This document shows, in pieces, positions 37,517 through 48,100 of a stretch of 60,788 bases of DNA; position 1 is the first letter of the stretch, and every line of letters starts with the position of its first letter. The DNA comes from an uncultured Bacteroidales bacterium (GTDB lineage Bacteria > Bacteroidota > Bacteroidia > Bacteroidales > Bacteroidaceae): contig CACXEH010000036.1 of NCBI GenBank assembly GCA_902766625.1, forward strand, positions 1 to 60,788, in the 5' to 3' direction. The notes beneath the pieces are model-generated. The model saw nothing but the letters and a program-made list of their open reading frames with translations, was not told where the DNA came from and did no database searches. The position numbers and the translations under genes are program-made.

Positions 37517-37978
37517 ATGGAAGAGCCTCTTTTTAATGCGCACAACAAAGACGAATATCCTCCCGCACATAGCGCAGAGCATATTTTGAACGGTACAATG
37601 GACAAAATGTTCCATTGCGGCAGAGCATTCTCTGCACATGTGGAACGGAAGAAATCAAAGTTGGACTATCATCTGCCTGCCCCGTTGACGGAAGAGCAGA
37701 TAAAAGCTGTCGAAGACAAAGTCAATGAAATCATCGTGTCAGATTTACCTGTACAGATGGAGATAGCTGACAAGAGCAGTCTGGGTGAGCGCTTTGACCT
37801 CAGCCGTCTGCCCGATGACGCCTCGGAGAAAGTGCGCATCGTCCACATTGGAGACTATGACGAATGCCTGTGCGTGGGGCAACACGTGGAGCATACGGCT
37901 CAGATAGGACACTTCCGCATCAGCAGCACCCACTATCAGGATGGAGTCCAGCGTATCGTTTTCCGCCTGGATGAATAA
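37517..37978 (+). CDS. Stand-alone alanyl/threonyl-tRNA synthetase editing-domain protein (AlaX-like, tRNA_SAD)
   Basis: Zinc and editing motifs HSAEHIL and CVGQHV are present. It is about 153 aa from MEEPLFN. The ORF track start at 37412 lies upstream of the predicted promoter box. Confidence 0.7.
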   Translation: MEEPLFNAHNKDEYPPAHSAEHILNGTMDKMFHCGRAFSAHVERKKSKLDYHLPAPLTEEQIKAVEDKVNEIIVSDLPVQMEIADKSSLGERFDLSRLPDDASEKVRIVHIGDYDECLCVGQHVEHTAQIGHFRISSTHYQDGVQRIVFRLDE

Positions 37979-37996
37979 TTACAAACAATATATAAC

Positions 37997-39121
37997 ATGG
38001 ACAGAAGACAATTTATAGGACAAGCTGCGGCCGGACTGGCTGCCATGAGTGTGGGGACAGGTTATGCCAAAGACAAAAAAACGAAAATCCCGCATCTCAA
38101 GTCAAAAAACTTTGAAGCACCAATGGGCGACATCCGCGCCATCTTCCTGCAACTGGGTAACAACATGTGGTGTGATTATCCTTCAATAATGATGGGAAAG
38201 ACTCCGCAGGAAGCTTCAGAAACTATAACAAAAAAAGCCGACTTCAAACTCATTTGCAATGACAAGCTATGGAATGACGCCATTAACAAAATGGCGGAAT
38301 TAGGAATAAATATGGTCGTCATTGACTTGGGTGAGGGCCTGTTTCTGCCGAGCCACCCCGAGCTGGCAATAGAAGGCACTTGGAGCATTGACAGAATGCA
38401 GGCAGAGATAGAGAGAATCAATAAACTGGGCATCGAAGTAGTACCCAAACTGAATTTCTCAACAACACACAACGGCTGGATGGGAGAATACACTCACATG
38501 ATTTCCTCCAAACCATACTATCGCATGTGCGAGGATGTCATCAGCGATGTCATTGAAATTTTTAACCATCCACGGTTCTTCCACATCGGATATGACGAAG
38601 AAAACGCAATATCGCAAATCAACTGGGGTTATCAGTACATCTGCGCCCGTAAAGGCGAATTCTGGTGGAAAGACTTCCTGCACATCGTCAACACCATAGA
38701 AAAACACGGCGTCCGTCCTTGGATGTGGAGTGATTTCGGCTGGGAGCACGAGGAATTCTGCGACCGCTGTCCAAAGAGCGTACTGCAGCAAAATTGGTTC
38801 TACGACAGCCGAAACGGAGGATTCGACTTAAAAACCAATAAGACAAAAGACTTTACCCGCCTCGAGATGTTCCTCAAACTGGACAAGGCAGGTTTTGACC
38901 AAGTGCCTTGCGGTACCAACTGGGTAGGAAGCGTCCGCAAACAACTTAATATCGGCGCAGATGATGTCATGGGCAAACTCGTGAAATTCTGCCGCGAGAA
39001 CATCTCCAAAGAACTTCTTAAAGGATTCATGCTCGCACCATGGGTACCGACAGAAGACACACCTGACTCAAGACACCAAATCATTAACGGCATAAAGATA
39101 CTGGCAGATGCCGTAAAGTAA
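37997..39121 (+). CDS. Tat-signal exported protein, putative TIM-barrel glycoside hydrolase (GH20-like D-E pair)
   Basis: MDRRQFIGQAAAGLAAMSVGTGYA is a Tat signal. FFHIGYDEE resembles the H-x-G-G-D-E catalytic motif of GH20-type enzymes. The family is not certain. Confidence 0.55.
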   Translation: MDRRQFIGQAAAGLAAMSVGTGYAKDKKTKIPHLKSKNFEAPMGDIRAIFLQLGNNMWCDYPSIMMGKTPQEASETITKKADFKLICNDKLWNDAINKMAELGINMVVIDLGEGLFLPSHPELAIEGTWSIDRMQAEIERINKLGIEVVPKLNFSTTHNGWMGEYTHMISSKPYYRMCEDVISDVIEIFNHPRFFHIGYDEENAISQINWGYQYICARKGEFWWKDFLHIVNTIEKHGVRPWMWSDFGWEHEEFCDRCPKSVLQQNWFYDSRNGGFDLKTNKTKDFTRLEMFLKLDKAGFDQVPCGTNWVGSVRKQLNIGADDVMGKLVKFCRENISKELLKGFMLAPWVPTEDTPDSRHQIINGIKILADAVK

Positions 39122-39181
39122 GTTCGTGGCGACAGACAAAAAAAACTTTGCAAAAAATTTGTTCACGTCCAAAAGATTAAG

Positions 39182-39189
39182 TAATTTTG
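39182..39189 (+). promoter_or_regulatory. Candidate promoter for rpsU: -7 TAATTTTG with -33-like TTTG 20 nt upstream
   Basis: Both consensus elements are present (aatTTTGttcacgtccaaaagattaagTAATTTTG). The rpsU ATG is at 39233. Confidence 0.55.
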
Positions 39190-39232
39190 CGCCCACTATT
39201 GACGAAATTTTATAAATAAAAAACATTAAAAT

Positions 39233-39424
39233 ATGATTATCGTACCGGTTAAAGAAGGCGAGAACATCGAAAGAGCGTTGAAGAAATTCAAGAGAAAGTA
39301 TGAGAAAATTGGCGTTGTAAAAGAATTACGTGCGCGTCAGCAATTTGACAAACCTTCCGTAAAGAAACGCTTGGCCAAAGAACACGCCATCTACATACAG
39401 GCTCTCCATCGCAACGAAGAATAA
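39233..39424 (+). CDS. rpsU: 30S ribosomal protein S21
   Basis: 63 aa. MIIVPVKEGENIERALKKFKRKYEKIGVVKELRARQQFDKPSVKKR is a classic S21 sequence. Confidence 0.95.
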   Translation: MIIVPVKEGENIERALKKFKRKYEKIGVVKELRARQQFDKPSVKKRLAKEHAIYIQALHRNEE

Positions 39425-39484
39425 TTGCGAAACGCTTAAGGCTTTCTTTATATGTTCGGGTGCGAAAACAGCACTGATGAATAT

Positions 39485-40399
39485 ATGTTGGAAAACGATT
39501 TTCTTCATTATCTTAAAGCCGAAAGAAATTATTCCGACCTGACTATTGAAAGTTACAAGGAAAGTTTGAGCGAATTTTCTAAATTCATAGAAAAAGAAGG
39601 GAACAAAGTAGATTGGACGGCAATTCAAAGCGGTGACATCCGCGAATGGATTGTAAACTTGATGGATAAGCGAAGTGCGGCAACAACCGTGAATACACGA
39701 TTGAGCGCACTTCGCTCTTTTTACCGTTTTCTGTATCTCAGGGGAAAAATCAACTACAACCCGACAGCGACAATAACAGGACCAAAAAAGAAAAAAACAT
39801 TGCCTAAATTTGTCAGAGAGAGTCAAATGGACAAACTCCTAGACCAAATAAACTTCCCTGACAATTACCAAGGACAGAGAGACCATCTTATCCTGCAGAC
39901 ATTTTACTCAACAGGCATCCGTCTGGCAGAATTAGTAGGACTGAACGTAAACGATGTAGACTTTTCCGCACATACCCTGAAGGTAACCGGCAAACGCAAT
40001 AAACAACGGATCATACCTCTCGGTCCAGAAATTGAGCATGAACTGAGAAACTATATAAACCGTCGCGCAACGGAAAATAAAAACATTGATAACGCTCTCT
40101 TTTTAAATAATGGTAAAAGAATATCAAGATTACAAGTAACAAAAATCGTAAAGAACAACTTAAGTTTAGTGACAACTGCGGAACACCTGAGCCCACACAT
40201 ACTGCGACATAGTTTCGCTACAGCAATGCTCAACAACGGTGCAGAAATAGAAGCCGTAAAAGAATTGCTTGGACACGCCAGCCTTGGAACCACACAAATT
40301 TACACACATACAACTTTTGAAGAACTGAAAAAAATATACACGCAAGCCCATCCGCGAGGAGGGAAAACGGGCCAACAAACAGATGGCAAAATAAAATAA
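39485..40399 (+). CDS. xerC: Tyrosine recombinase XerC/XerD family (housekeeping context)
   Basis: N-terminal SAM-like domain (FLHYLKAERNYSDLTIESYKESL). The catalytic residues are present (R..., HILRHSFAT, LGHASLGTTQIYTH). The alternative ATG at 39452 would add 11 aa. Confidence 0.85.
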   Translation: MLENDFLHYLKAERNYSDLTIESYKESLSEFSKFIEKEGNKVDWTAIQSGDIREWIVNLMDKRSAATTVNTRLSALRSFYRFLYLRGKINYNPTATITGPKKKKTLPKFVRESQMDKLLDQINFPDNYQGQRDHLILQTFYSTGIRLAELVGLNVNDVDFSAHTLKVTGKRNKQRIIPLGPEIEHELRNYINRRATENKNIDNALFLNNGKRISRLQVTKIVKNNLSLVTTAEHLSPHILRHSFATAMLNNGAEIEAVKELLGHASLGTTQIYTHTTFEELKKIYTQAHPRGGKTGQQTDGKIK

Positions 40400-40455
40400 T
40401 CACTATAATCAACAAAAAAAACACAAAAAAAAATCTTTAATTCGGAATAAATGCC

Positions 40456-40463
40456 TAAATTTG
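40456..40463 (+). promoter_or_regulatory. Candidate -7 box (TAAATTTG) for the tRNA-tuf transcription unit
   Basis: Matches TAnnTTTG and lies about 66 nt upstream of tRNA-Tyr. The leader holds two small hairpins (ttcag ttaat ctgaa; atcctt atttta aggat). Confidence 0.45.
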
Positions 40464-40528
40464 CACCCGTTTCAGTTAATCTGAAATGGGAGCATCTTTG
40501 AGGAAAATCCTTATTTTAAGGATAAAAT

Positions 40529-40611
40529 GGGTAGTTTCCAGAGCGGCCAAATGGGGCAGACTGTAAATCTGCTGGTTTTCACCTTCGGTGGTTCGAATCC
40601 ATCACTACCCA
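40529..40611 (+). tRNA. tRNA-Tyr (anticodon GTA), long variable arm
   Basis: Acceptor GGGTAGT/ACTACCC. Anticodon arm GCAGA-CTGTAAA-TCTGC. Type II variable arm. T loop TTCGAAT. Confidence 0.9.
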
Positions 40612-40619
40612 CGAAAATT

Positions 40620-40692
40620 GCGGAAGTAGCTCAGTTGATAGAGCACTAGCCTTCCAAGCTGGGGGTCGCGGGTTTGAGCCCCGTCTTCCGCT
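40620..40692 (+). tRNA. tRNA-Gly (anticodon TCC)
   Basis: Acceptor GCGGAAG/CTTCCGC. Anticodon arm CTAGC-CTTCCAA-GCTGG. Confidence 0.9.
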
Positions 40693-40700
40693 CAATTTTT

Positions 40701-40772
40701 GCTGTTATAGCTCAGTGGTAGAGCGCTTCCTTGGTAAGGAAGAGGTCCTGAGTTCAACTCTCAGTAACAGCT
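40701..40772 (+). tRNA. tRNA-Thr (anticodon GGT)
   Basis: Acceptor GCTGTTA/TAACAGC. Anticodon arm CTTCC-TTGGTAA-GGAAG. Confidence 0.9.
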
Positions 40773-40832
40773 CAACTTTTAGGATTAAGAGAATTATTTT
40801 ATAATTACAAACAATATTTAAAGAAGTAAGCT

Positions 40833-42020
40833 ATGGCTAAAGAAAAATTTGAACGTACCAAACCCCATGTTAACATTGGTACAATCGGTCACGTTGACCA
40901 CGGTAAGACTACTTTGACCGCTGCTATTTCCAAGGTGCTCCACGAGCGTCTCGGCACAGGCCAGGAAGTTAAGTCTTTTGATCAGATTGATAACGCTCCT
41001 GAGGAGAAAGAGCGTGGTATCACTATTAACACTGCTCACATTGAGTATGAAACATCAACTCGCCACTACGCACACGTAGACTGCCCGGGACACGCCGATT
41101 ATGTAAAGAACATGGTTACTGGTGCTGCTCAGATGGACGGTGCTATCCTCGTAGTTGCTGCTACTGACGGTCCGATGCCTCAGACACGTGAGCACATCCT
41201 TCTCGCTCGTCAGGTAAACGTACCTCGCTTGGTTGTTTTCTTGAACAAGTGTGATATGGTTGAAGACGAAGAGATGTTGGAACTCGTAGAAATGGAAGTT
41301 AGCGAATTGCTCGCTGCTTACGATTTCGAAGATGAGACTCCTATCATCCGCGGTTCTGCACTTGGCGCTTTGAACGGTGTTAAGGAGTGGGAAGACAAAG
41401 TTATGGAATTGATGGACGCTTGCGACTCTTGGATTCAGGAGCCAAAACGTGACGTTGATAAACCTTTCTTGATGCCTGTTGAAGACGTATTCTCAATTAC
41501 AGGTCGTGGTACTGTTGCTACTGGCCGTATCGAGACTGGTGTCGTAAAAGTAGGCGATGAAGTTCAGATTCTTGGTCTTGGCGAGGATAAGAAGTCAGTT
41601 GTAACTGGCGTCGAAATGTTCCGCAAGATTCTTGACGAAGGTGAAGCTGGTGACAACGTAGGTCTCCTCCTCCGCGGTATTGACAAGAAGGAAATCCGTC
41701 GTGGTATGGTAATCACTCACCCGGGTGTCATCACTCCTCACAAGAAATTCAAGGCTTCTATCTATGTATTGAAGAAAGAAGAAGGTGGCCGTCACACTGC
41801 ATTCGGTAACCACTATCGTCCACAGTTCTATCTGCGTACAATGGACTGCACCGGTGAAATCACTTTACCAGCAGGTGTAGAAATGGTTATGCCAGGTGAT
41901 AACGTAGAGATTAACGTTGAGTTGATTTACAACGTAGCATTGAACGTTGGTCTGCGTTTCGCTATCCGTGAAGGTGGTCGTACCGTAGGTTCTGGTCAGA
42001 TTACAGAAATCTTAGATTAA
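40833..42020 (+). CDS. tuf: Elongation factor Tu
   Basis: 395 aa. [32 protein letters not shown]... aligns over its full length with Bacteroidales EF-Tu as I recall it. Confidence 0.98.
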   Translation: MAKEKFERTKPHVNIGTIGHVDHGKTTLTAAISKVLHERLGTGQEVKSFDQIDNAPEEKERGITINTAHIEYETSTRHYAHVDCPGHADYVKNMVTGAAQMDGAILVVAATDGPMPQTREHILLARQVNVPRLVVFLNKCDMVEDEEMLELVEMEVSELLAAYDFEDETPIIRGSALGALNGVKEWEDKVMELMDACDSWIQEPKRDVDKPFLMPVEDVFSITGRGTVATGRIETGVVKVGDEVQILGLGEDKKSVVTGVEMFRKILDEGEAGDNVGLLLRGIDKKEIRRGMVITHPGVITPHKKFKASIYVLKKEEGGRHTAFGNHYRPQFYLRTMDCTGEITLPAGVEMVMPGDNVEINVELIYNVALNVGLRFAIREGGRTVGSGQITEILD

Positions 42021-42030
42021 TACAACATAA

Positions 42031-42059
42031 ACTTCTCATCCAAAAGATGAGGAGTTTTT
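42031..42059 (+). terminator. Hairpin plus T-run directly after tuf and abutting tRNA-Trp (terminator, attenuator or processing site)
   Basis: acttctcatc caaaa gatgaggagt forms a 10-bp stem with one G-T pair, followed by tttt. tRNA-Trp starts at the very next base. Confidence 0.5.
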
Positions 42060-42132
42060 ACGGGAATAGCTCAGTTGGTAGAGCATCGGTCTCCAAAACC
42101 GAGGGTCGTGGGTTCGAGTCCTCCTTCCCGTG
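42060..42132 (+). tRNA. tRNA-Trp (anticodon CCA)
   Basis: Acceptor ACGGGAA/TTCCCGT. Anticodon arm with loop CTCCAAA. Confidence 0.88.
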
Positions 42133-42148
42133 CTAATTCGAAATTGTG

Positions 42149-42337
42149 ATGAAGAAAATAATAAATTATTGTAAAGATTCTTGGGAAGAATTGGCTCATA
42201 AAACTACATGGCCTACCCGTCAGGAGCTTACCCATAGTGCTTTGGTTGTTTTAGTTGCTTCCATAATCATCGCACTGATAGTGTTTGCAATGGACAAGGT
42301 CTTTCAGTTTGTGATGACATCTATTTATCCAAGCTAA
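42149..42337 (+). CDS. secE: Preprotein translocase subunit SecE
   Basis: 62 aa with a single C-terminal TM segment (ALVVLVASIIIALIVFAMD). It occupies the conserved position between tRNA-Trp and nusG. Confidence 0.85.
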   Translation: MKKIINYCKDSWEELAHKTTWPTRQELTHSALVVLVASIIIALIVFAMDKVFQFVMTSIYPS

Positions 42338-42349
42338 TTTGCGTAGAGA

Positions 42350-42901
42350 ATGGCTGACAACGGAAATATAACCCCTAAGTGGTATGTTCTTCGCGCGATT
42401 AGCGGCAAGGAAGCTAAAGTGAAAGAATATATTGACGCTGAAATAGCGAATAAGTCTTTGGCTCCTTATGTGTCACAGGTGCTGATCCCGATGGAGAAAA
42501 CTTTTCAGGTACGCAATGGTAAGCGCGTTGTAAAAGAGCGCAACTGCCTGCCTGGCTATGTACTTGTACAGGCTGTTATGGTGGGCGACATGGCGTTTAA
42601 GCTGAGAAATACTCCAAATGTGGTTGGTATCCTTGGCGGTATGGATAATCCGGTGCCATTGCAAGAAACGGAAGTCAATCGTCTCGTCGGCAGAGTTGAA
42701 GAAGTAGAGGGAGAAGGTATCGAAATACTGGAACCATACATCGTTGGCGAAGCTGTCAAGGTGACAGAAGGTCCTTTCAGAGGTTTTTCTGGAGTTATAG
42801 ATGCTGTAAGTAACGAAAAGAAGAAACTGACTGTTATGGTAAAGGTCTTTGGACGTAACACTCCATTGGTCTTAGGTTTTATGCAGGTAGAAAAAGAATA
42901 G
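42350..42901 (+). CDS. nusG: Transcription termination/antitermination factor NusG
   Basis: 183 aa. NGN domain (KWYVLRAISGKEAKVKEYI) and KOW motif (GEAVKVTEGPFRGFSGVI). Confidence 0.95.
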   Translation: MADNGNITPKWYVLRAISGKEAKVKEYIDAEIANKSLAPYVSQVLIPMEKTFQVRNGKRVVKERNCLPGYVLVQAVMVGDMAFKLRNTPNVVGILGGMDNPVPLQETEVNRLVGRVEEVEGEGIEILEPYIVGEAVKVTEGPFRGFSGVIDAVSNEKKKLTVMVKVFGRNTPLVLGFMQVEKE

Positions 42902-42955
42902 TGTAATGTTACGTACATTGTTCTGAATACAATTCAAAATTAAATAAATAAAAAA

Positions 42956-43399
42956 ATGGCTAAAGAAGTTGCTGGAATAATCAAATTACAGATTAAAGGT
43001 GGAGCTGCAAACCCTTCACCTCCCGTAGGTCCTGCATTGGGTTCTAAGGGTCTGAATATTATGGATTTCTGCAAACAGTTCAATGCCCTGACTCAGTCAA
43101 AAGCAGGTAAAGTTTTGCCAGTAGTCATCACATACTACGCTGACAAGAGTTTCTCTTTTGTCGTAAAAACTTCACCTGTTGCTGTTCAATTGAAAGACGC
43201 AGCAAAAATCAAGAGTGGCTCTGCTGAACCTAACAGAAATAAGATTGCAAGTGTCACTTGGGATCAGGTCAAAGCAATCGCTGAAGACAAGATGCCTGAT
43301 TTAAATTGCTTCACCATTGAAAGCGCAATGAAAATTGTCGCTGGTACAGCACGGAGTATGGGTATAACTGTAAAGGGAGAGTTTCCCGCCAATAATTAA
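42956..43399 (+). CDS. rplK: 50S ribosomal protein L11
   Basis: [43 protein letters not shown]. Confidence 0.97.
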   Translation: MAKEVAGIIKLQIKGGAANPSPPVGPALGSKGLNIMDFCKQFNALTQSKAGKVLPVVITYYADKSFSFVVKTSPVAVQLKDAAKIKSGSAEPNRNKIASVTWDQVKAIAEDKMPDLNCFTIESAMKIVAGTARSMGITVKGEFPANN

Positions 43400-43410
43400 T
43401 CTTCAAAATT

Positions 43411-44115
43411 ATGAGTAAACTTACAAAAAATCAAAAGTTAACTTCAGAGAAGATTGAAGCAGGAAAGGCTTATACCTTGAACGAGGCTACTGCGTTGTTG
43501 AAAGAAATAACAACAACAAAGTTTGATGCTTCAGTTGATATGGATGTCCGTTTGGGAGTCGATCCACGTAAAGCAAATCAGATGGTTCGCGGTGTTGTAG
43601 CTTTGCCTAATGGAACTGGTAAAGTTGTACGCGTATTGGTACTCTGTACTCCTGACAAGGAAGCAGAAGCTAAAGAAGCGGGCGCTGATTACGTTGGTCT
43701 TGACGAGTACATCGAAAAGATTAAAGGTGGATGGACTGATATTGACGTAGTTATTACTATGCCATCTGTTATGGGTAAGGTTGGTCCTTTAGGACGTGTT
43801 TTAGGTCCTCGCGGATTGATGCCTAATCCTAAAAGTGGTACTGTAACTATGGATGTTGCTAAAGCTGTAAACGATGTAAAAGGCGGTAAAATAGATTTCA
43901 AAGTAGACAAGACGGGTATCGTACACGCTTCCGTTGGAAGAATGTCCTTTACTCCTGAGCAGATTGCAGAGAATGCACGTGCTTTCCTTTCTACTATCAT
44001 CAAACTGAAACCGTCAGCTGCTAAAGGAACATATCTTAAGAGTGTCTACATATCTTCTACAATGAGTAGAGGTATCAAGATTGATACGAAATCATTAGAT
44101 GATGCTACAAAATAA
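43411..44115 (+). CDS. rplA: 50S ribosomal protein L1
   Basis: 234 aa with the L1 signature ...[24 protein letters not shown]... Confidence 0.97.
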   Translation: MSKLTKNQKLTSEKIEAGKAYTLNEATALLKEITTTKFDASVDMDVRLGVDPRKANQMVRGVVALPNGTGKVVRVLVLCTPDKEAEAKEAGADYVGLDEYIEKIKGGWTDIDVVITMPSVMGKVGPLGRVLGPRGLMPNPKSGTVTMDVAKAVNDVKGGKIDFKVDKTGIVHASVGRMSFTPEQIAENARAFLSTIIKLKPSAAKGTYLKSVYISSTMSRGIKIDTKSLDDATK

Positions 44116-44124
44116 ATTGGAATC

Positions 44125-44640
44125 ATGAAAAAAGAAGATAAAGGCATAATTATAGAAAAGCTTGGAACTTTACTAAAGGAGTATCCACACTTTTATTTAG
44201 TTGACTCAACTGGTCTTAATGCACAACAAACGAGTGACGTAAGAAGACTGTGCTTCAAGAATGAAATAAAGATGGTAACAGTGAAGAACACACTGTTGAA
44301 GAAAGCGCTGGAAAAAACCGGAACTGACTTCTCTCCAATATTTGATTCTTTGAAAGGTACAACCTCTGTTTTATTTACTCAAAAGGCAAATGTACCAGGA
44401 CGTTTAATCAAAGACAACAGCAAATTCATTCTGAAAGGCTTCAAAGGAGCCTATGCAGAAGGCGGTTTCTATGACGCTACCCAGTTGGCTGATTGCGCAG
44501 CACTGAAGAGCAAAGAGGAACTCATCGCAGACGTTGTTGCTTTGCTCCAATCTCCGATCAAGAATGTTGTATCTGCTCTTCAATCGGGTGGGAACAATAT
44601 TCATGGTGTATTAAAAACTTTGGCAGAACGTCCAGAGTAA
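44125..44640 (+). CDS. rplJ: 50S ribosomal protein L10
   Basis: 171 aa in the conserved position between rplA and rplL. The N-terminus is L10-like (KEDKGIIIEKLGTLLKEYPHFYLVDSTGLNAQQTSDVRR). Confidence 0.93.
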   Translation: MKKEDKGIIIEKLGTLLKEYPHFYLVDSTGLNAQQTSDVRRLCFKNEIKMVTVKNTLLKKALEKTGTDFSPIFDSLKGTTSVLFTQKANVPGRLIKDNSKFILKGFKGAYAEGGFYDATQLADCAALKSKEELIADVVALLQSPIKNVVSALQSGGNNIHGVLKTLAERPE

Positions 44641-44680
44641 AAACAAACCACATTAAAATAACAATTTAAATTAAAATAAA

Positions 44681-45064
44681 ATGGCAGACGTAAAAGCTAT
44701 TGCTGAAGAATTAGTTAATTTGACAGTTAAAGAAGTTAATGAACTTGTCAACGTATTGAAAGAAGATTATGGTATCGAACCTGCTGCTGCAGCTGTTGCT
44801 GTTGCTGCTGGTCCTGCTGCAGACGCTGCTGCAGGTGGTGCTGCTGAGGAAAAGACAGAATTTGACGTAATCCTCAAGGATGCTGGTGCAGCTAAACTGC
44901 AAGTTGTAAAGGCCGTTAAAGAAGCATGCGGACTTGGCTTGAAAGAAGCTAAATACTTAGTTGAAGCAGCTCCTAAGGCTGTTAAGGAGAAGGTATCTAA
45001 AGACGATGCTGAGGCACTGAAAGCTGCTATCGAAGCTGCAGGTGCTACTGTAGAAATCAAGTAA
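44681..45064 (+). CDS. rplL: 50S ribosomal protein L7/L12
   Basis: 127 aa with an Ala-rich hinge. The C-terminal domain reads ...[56 protein letters not shown]. Confidence 0.97.
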   Translation: MADVKAIAEELVNLTVKEVNELVNVLKEDYGIEPAAAAVAVAAGPAADAAAGGAAEEKTEFDVILKDAGAAKLQVVKAVKEACGLGLKEAKYLVEAAPKAVKEKVSKDDAEALKAAIEAAGATVEIK

Positions 45065-45083
45065 TCTATACTTTAACTATAAT

Positions 45084-45122
45084 AAGTTAAGGATCCTCTG
45101 GTAGGGGGTTCTTAACTTTTTT
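45084..45122 (+). terminator. rplL-rpoB intergenic hairpin plus T-run (attenuator-type partial terminator)
   Basis: aagttaaggatcc (45084-45096) pairs with gggttcttaactt (45106-45118) with 2 mismatches. The T-run spans 45117-45122. Its position matches the well-known rplL-rpoB attenuator of other bacteria. Confidence 0.55.
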
Positions 45123-45149
45123 GTGTCTATAATTTTAAGCATATATAAA

Positions 45150-48100
45150 ATGTCACAAGTAATTAACGGTAGAGTTAATTTCACATCTGTAAAAAATCCA
45201 CTTCCTTATCCTGATTTTTTAGATGTGCAATTAAAGTCGTTTCGTGAATTTTTGCAATTGGACACTCCGCCCGAGTTAAGAAAAGGTAACGGACTATACA
45301 AAGTTTTCAGCGAAAATTTTCCAATTACAGACACACGAAACAACTTCGTTCTTGAATTTTTGGATTATTACATTGATCCTCCTCGTTACACAATAGAGGA
45401 ATGTTTGGTAAAAGGTCTGACATACAGTGCCTACCTTAAGGCTAAATTGAAATTATACTGCACAGATCCTGACCATGAGGATTTCTCTACTCAGGTTCAA
45501 GATGTATATTTGGGTCAAATCCCATATATGACAAATAGCGGTACGTTTATCATCAATGGTGCAGAACGTGTCGTTGTTTCTCAATTACATCGTTCTCCGG
45601 GTGTATTCTTCGGTTCATCTGTACATGCAAATGGAACACAACTGTATTCTGCCCGTGTTATACCTTTTAAAGGCTCATGGATAGAATTTGCAACAGACAT
45701 CAATAATGTCATGTATGCATATATTGATCGCAAGAAAAAATTACCTGTGACAACATTACTCCGAGCTATTGGATTTGAAAGTGATAAGGATATTCTTGAG
45801 ATATTTAATCTTGCAGAAGAAGTAAAAGTATCTAAAGCGGCACTTGACAAAATTATTAAGGATGCCGCAAAAGACAAATCTCATCAAACTAAGAAAGGAG
45901 AGGTTTATCGCCGTAAACTCGCAGGCCGCGTATTAAAAAGCTGGACTGAAGACTTTGTAGACGAAGACACTGGTGAGATTGTATCAATCGAACGTAATGA
46001 AGTATTTTTGGATCGTGAGACAGAATTAGACGAAGAAGCTGCAAAGAAAATTCTGGAAAGTGGTGCAAAGAAAATATTACTCCAGAACGAAGATGCAAGT
46101 ATGAAAGAATTTGAAGTTATTTTCAATACTCTTCAAAAAGACTCCTGCAACTCCGAGAAAGAAGCAATTCTATACATCTATCGTCAATTAAGAAATGCCG
46201 ACCCTGCTGATGACGCCAGTGCACGTGAGACAATTAACAGTTTGTTCTTCTCTGATCGCCGCTATGATTTAGGGGATGTAGGCCGTTATCGCATCAACAA
46301 AAAATTAGGTCTGACAACTGACCCTGATGTCAGAGTACTCACGAAAGAAGATATAATTGAAATTATAAAATATCTGATTAAACTTGTTAACTCAAAGGCT
46401 TCCGTCGATGACATTGACCATTTGAGCAATCGCCGTGTACGTACAGTCGGAGAACAACTAAGAAACCAATTCTCAGTAGGTTTGGCCCGTATGGCAAGAA
46501 CCATACGAGAACGTATGAATGTACGCGACAATGAAGTCTTTACGCCTACAGATTTGATTAACGCAAAGACCGTCTCTTCTGTTATAAATTCTTTCTTTGG
46601 AGCAAATCCTTTAAGCCAATTCATGGATCAAACCAACCCATTGGCAGAGGTTACACACAAACGCCGTCTATCCGCTTTAGGTCCTGGTGGCTTAACACGT
46701 GAACGCGCAGGATTTGAAGTACGTGACGTACACTATACTCACTATGGCCGTTTGTGTCCTATTGAATCTCCTGAAGGTCCTAATATCGGTTTGATTTCTT
46801 CTTTGTGCGTTTATGCAAAAATAAGTTCGTTAGGATTTATTAACACACCTTATCGCGTAGTCAAAGACTCTAAGGTCAACATTAATAATGATGATGTCGT
46901 TTACTTGGCAGCAGAAGAAGAATCTAACAAAATTATCGCACAAGGAAATGCCCCGCTAAACGATGATGGCACATTTATTCGCAAGACTGTAAAATGCCGT
47001 CAAGACGCTGACTATCCAGTTGTAACTCCAGATCAGGTTGAATTAATGGATGTAGCCCCACAGCAGATAGCTTCTATAGCCGCAGCGTTGATTCCTTTCC
47101 TTGAACACGATGACGCACACCGTGCGCTGATGGGTTCCAACATGATGCGACAGGCTGTTCCTTTGATATCATGTGAAGTGCCTATCGTTGGAACCGGTAT
47201 TGAGAAACAACTGTGCGAAGACTCTCGAACAATGATTATCGCAGAGGCTGACGGTGTTGTTGAATATGTTGACGCATCAAAGATTGTTATTCGTTACGAT
47301 CGTACAGAAGAAGAAGAGTTCGTCAGCTTTGAAGACGCAGTAAAAGAATACAAACTGCCTAAATTCCGTCGTACAAATCAAAGTATGACAATTGACTTAC
47401 GCCCGCTTTGCGTTAAGGGACAGCGCGTAAAGAAAAACGAGATTTTGACAGAAGGCTATGCAACTTCTAAAGGAGAATTAGCGTTAGGCAGGAATCTGCT
47501 TGTTGCTTATATGCCTTGGAAGGGATATAATTATGAAGATGCTATTGTCATCAATGAAAGACTGGTTCGTGAAGACATCCTGACCTCTGTTCATGTTGAC
47601 GAGTTCTCTCTTGCAGTCCGCGAAACAAAGCGTGGAATGGAAGAGCTTACGGCAGACATTCCTAATGTTAGTGAAGAAGCCACAAAGAATCTGGATGAAA
47701 GCGGTATCGTTCGTATAGGTACTCGTATTGTACCTGGCGACATCCTTATCGGCAAGATTACACCTAAGGGCGAAAGCGATCCTTCACCTGAGGAGAAATT
47801 ACTTCGCGCAATCTTCGGTGACCGTGCCGGTGACGTGAAAGATGCTTCTTTGAAGGCTACTCCCTCTCTATCAGGCGTTGTTATAGACAAATGTTTGTTC
47901 TCTAAAGCTGTTAAAACCCGTTCTTCGCGTGCAGCAGACAAAATAACGCTTCAGAAGATACAGGAGGATTTTGACAAGCAGGTAGAAAAACTGAAAAATA
48001 TTCTTGTTGACAAATTGTTAATACTTACTAAGGATAAGACATCCGCTGGTGTAAAAAACAATTTGGGAGAAATAGCCATTGCTAAGGGTGCGAAATTCAC

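Noticed and set aside
39326-39826. A 166-aa minus-strand ORF spans the rpsU-xerC junction.
   Set aside because: It is antisense to two well-supported genes and has no motifs. It is a shadow ORF.
39485-40399. The tyrosine recombinase could be the integrase of a mobile element next to the tRNA cluster.
   Set aside because: It sits in the conserved housekeeping rpsU-xerC-tRNA-tuf arrangement. It has no flanking direct repeats or cargo genes, and it looks like a chromosomal XerC/XerD-type recombinase.
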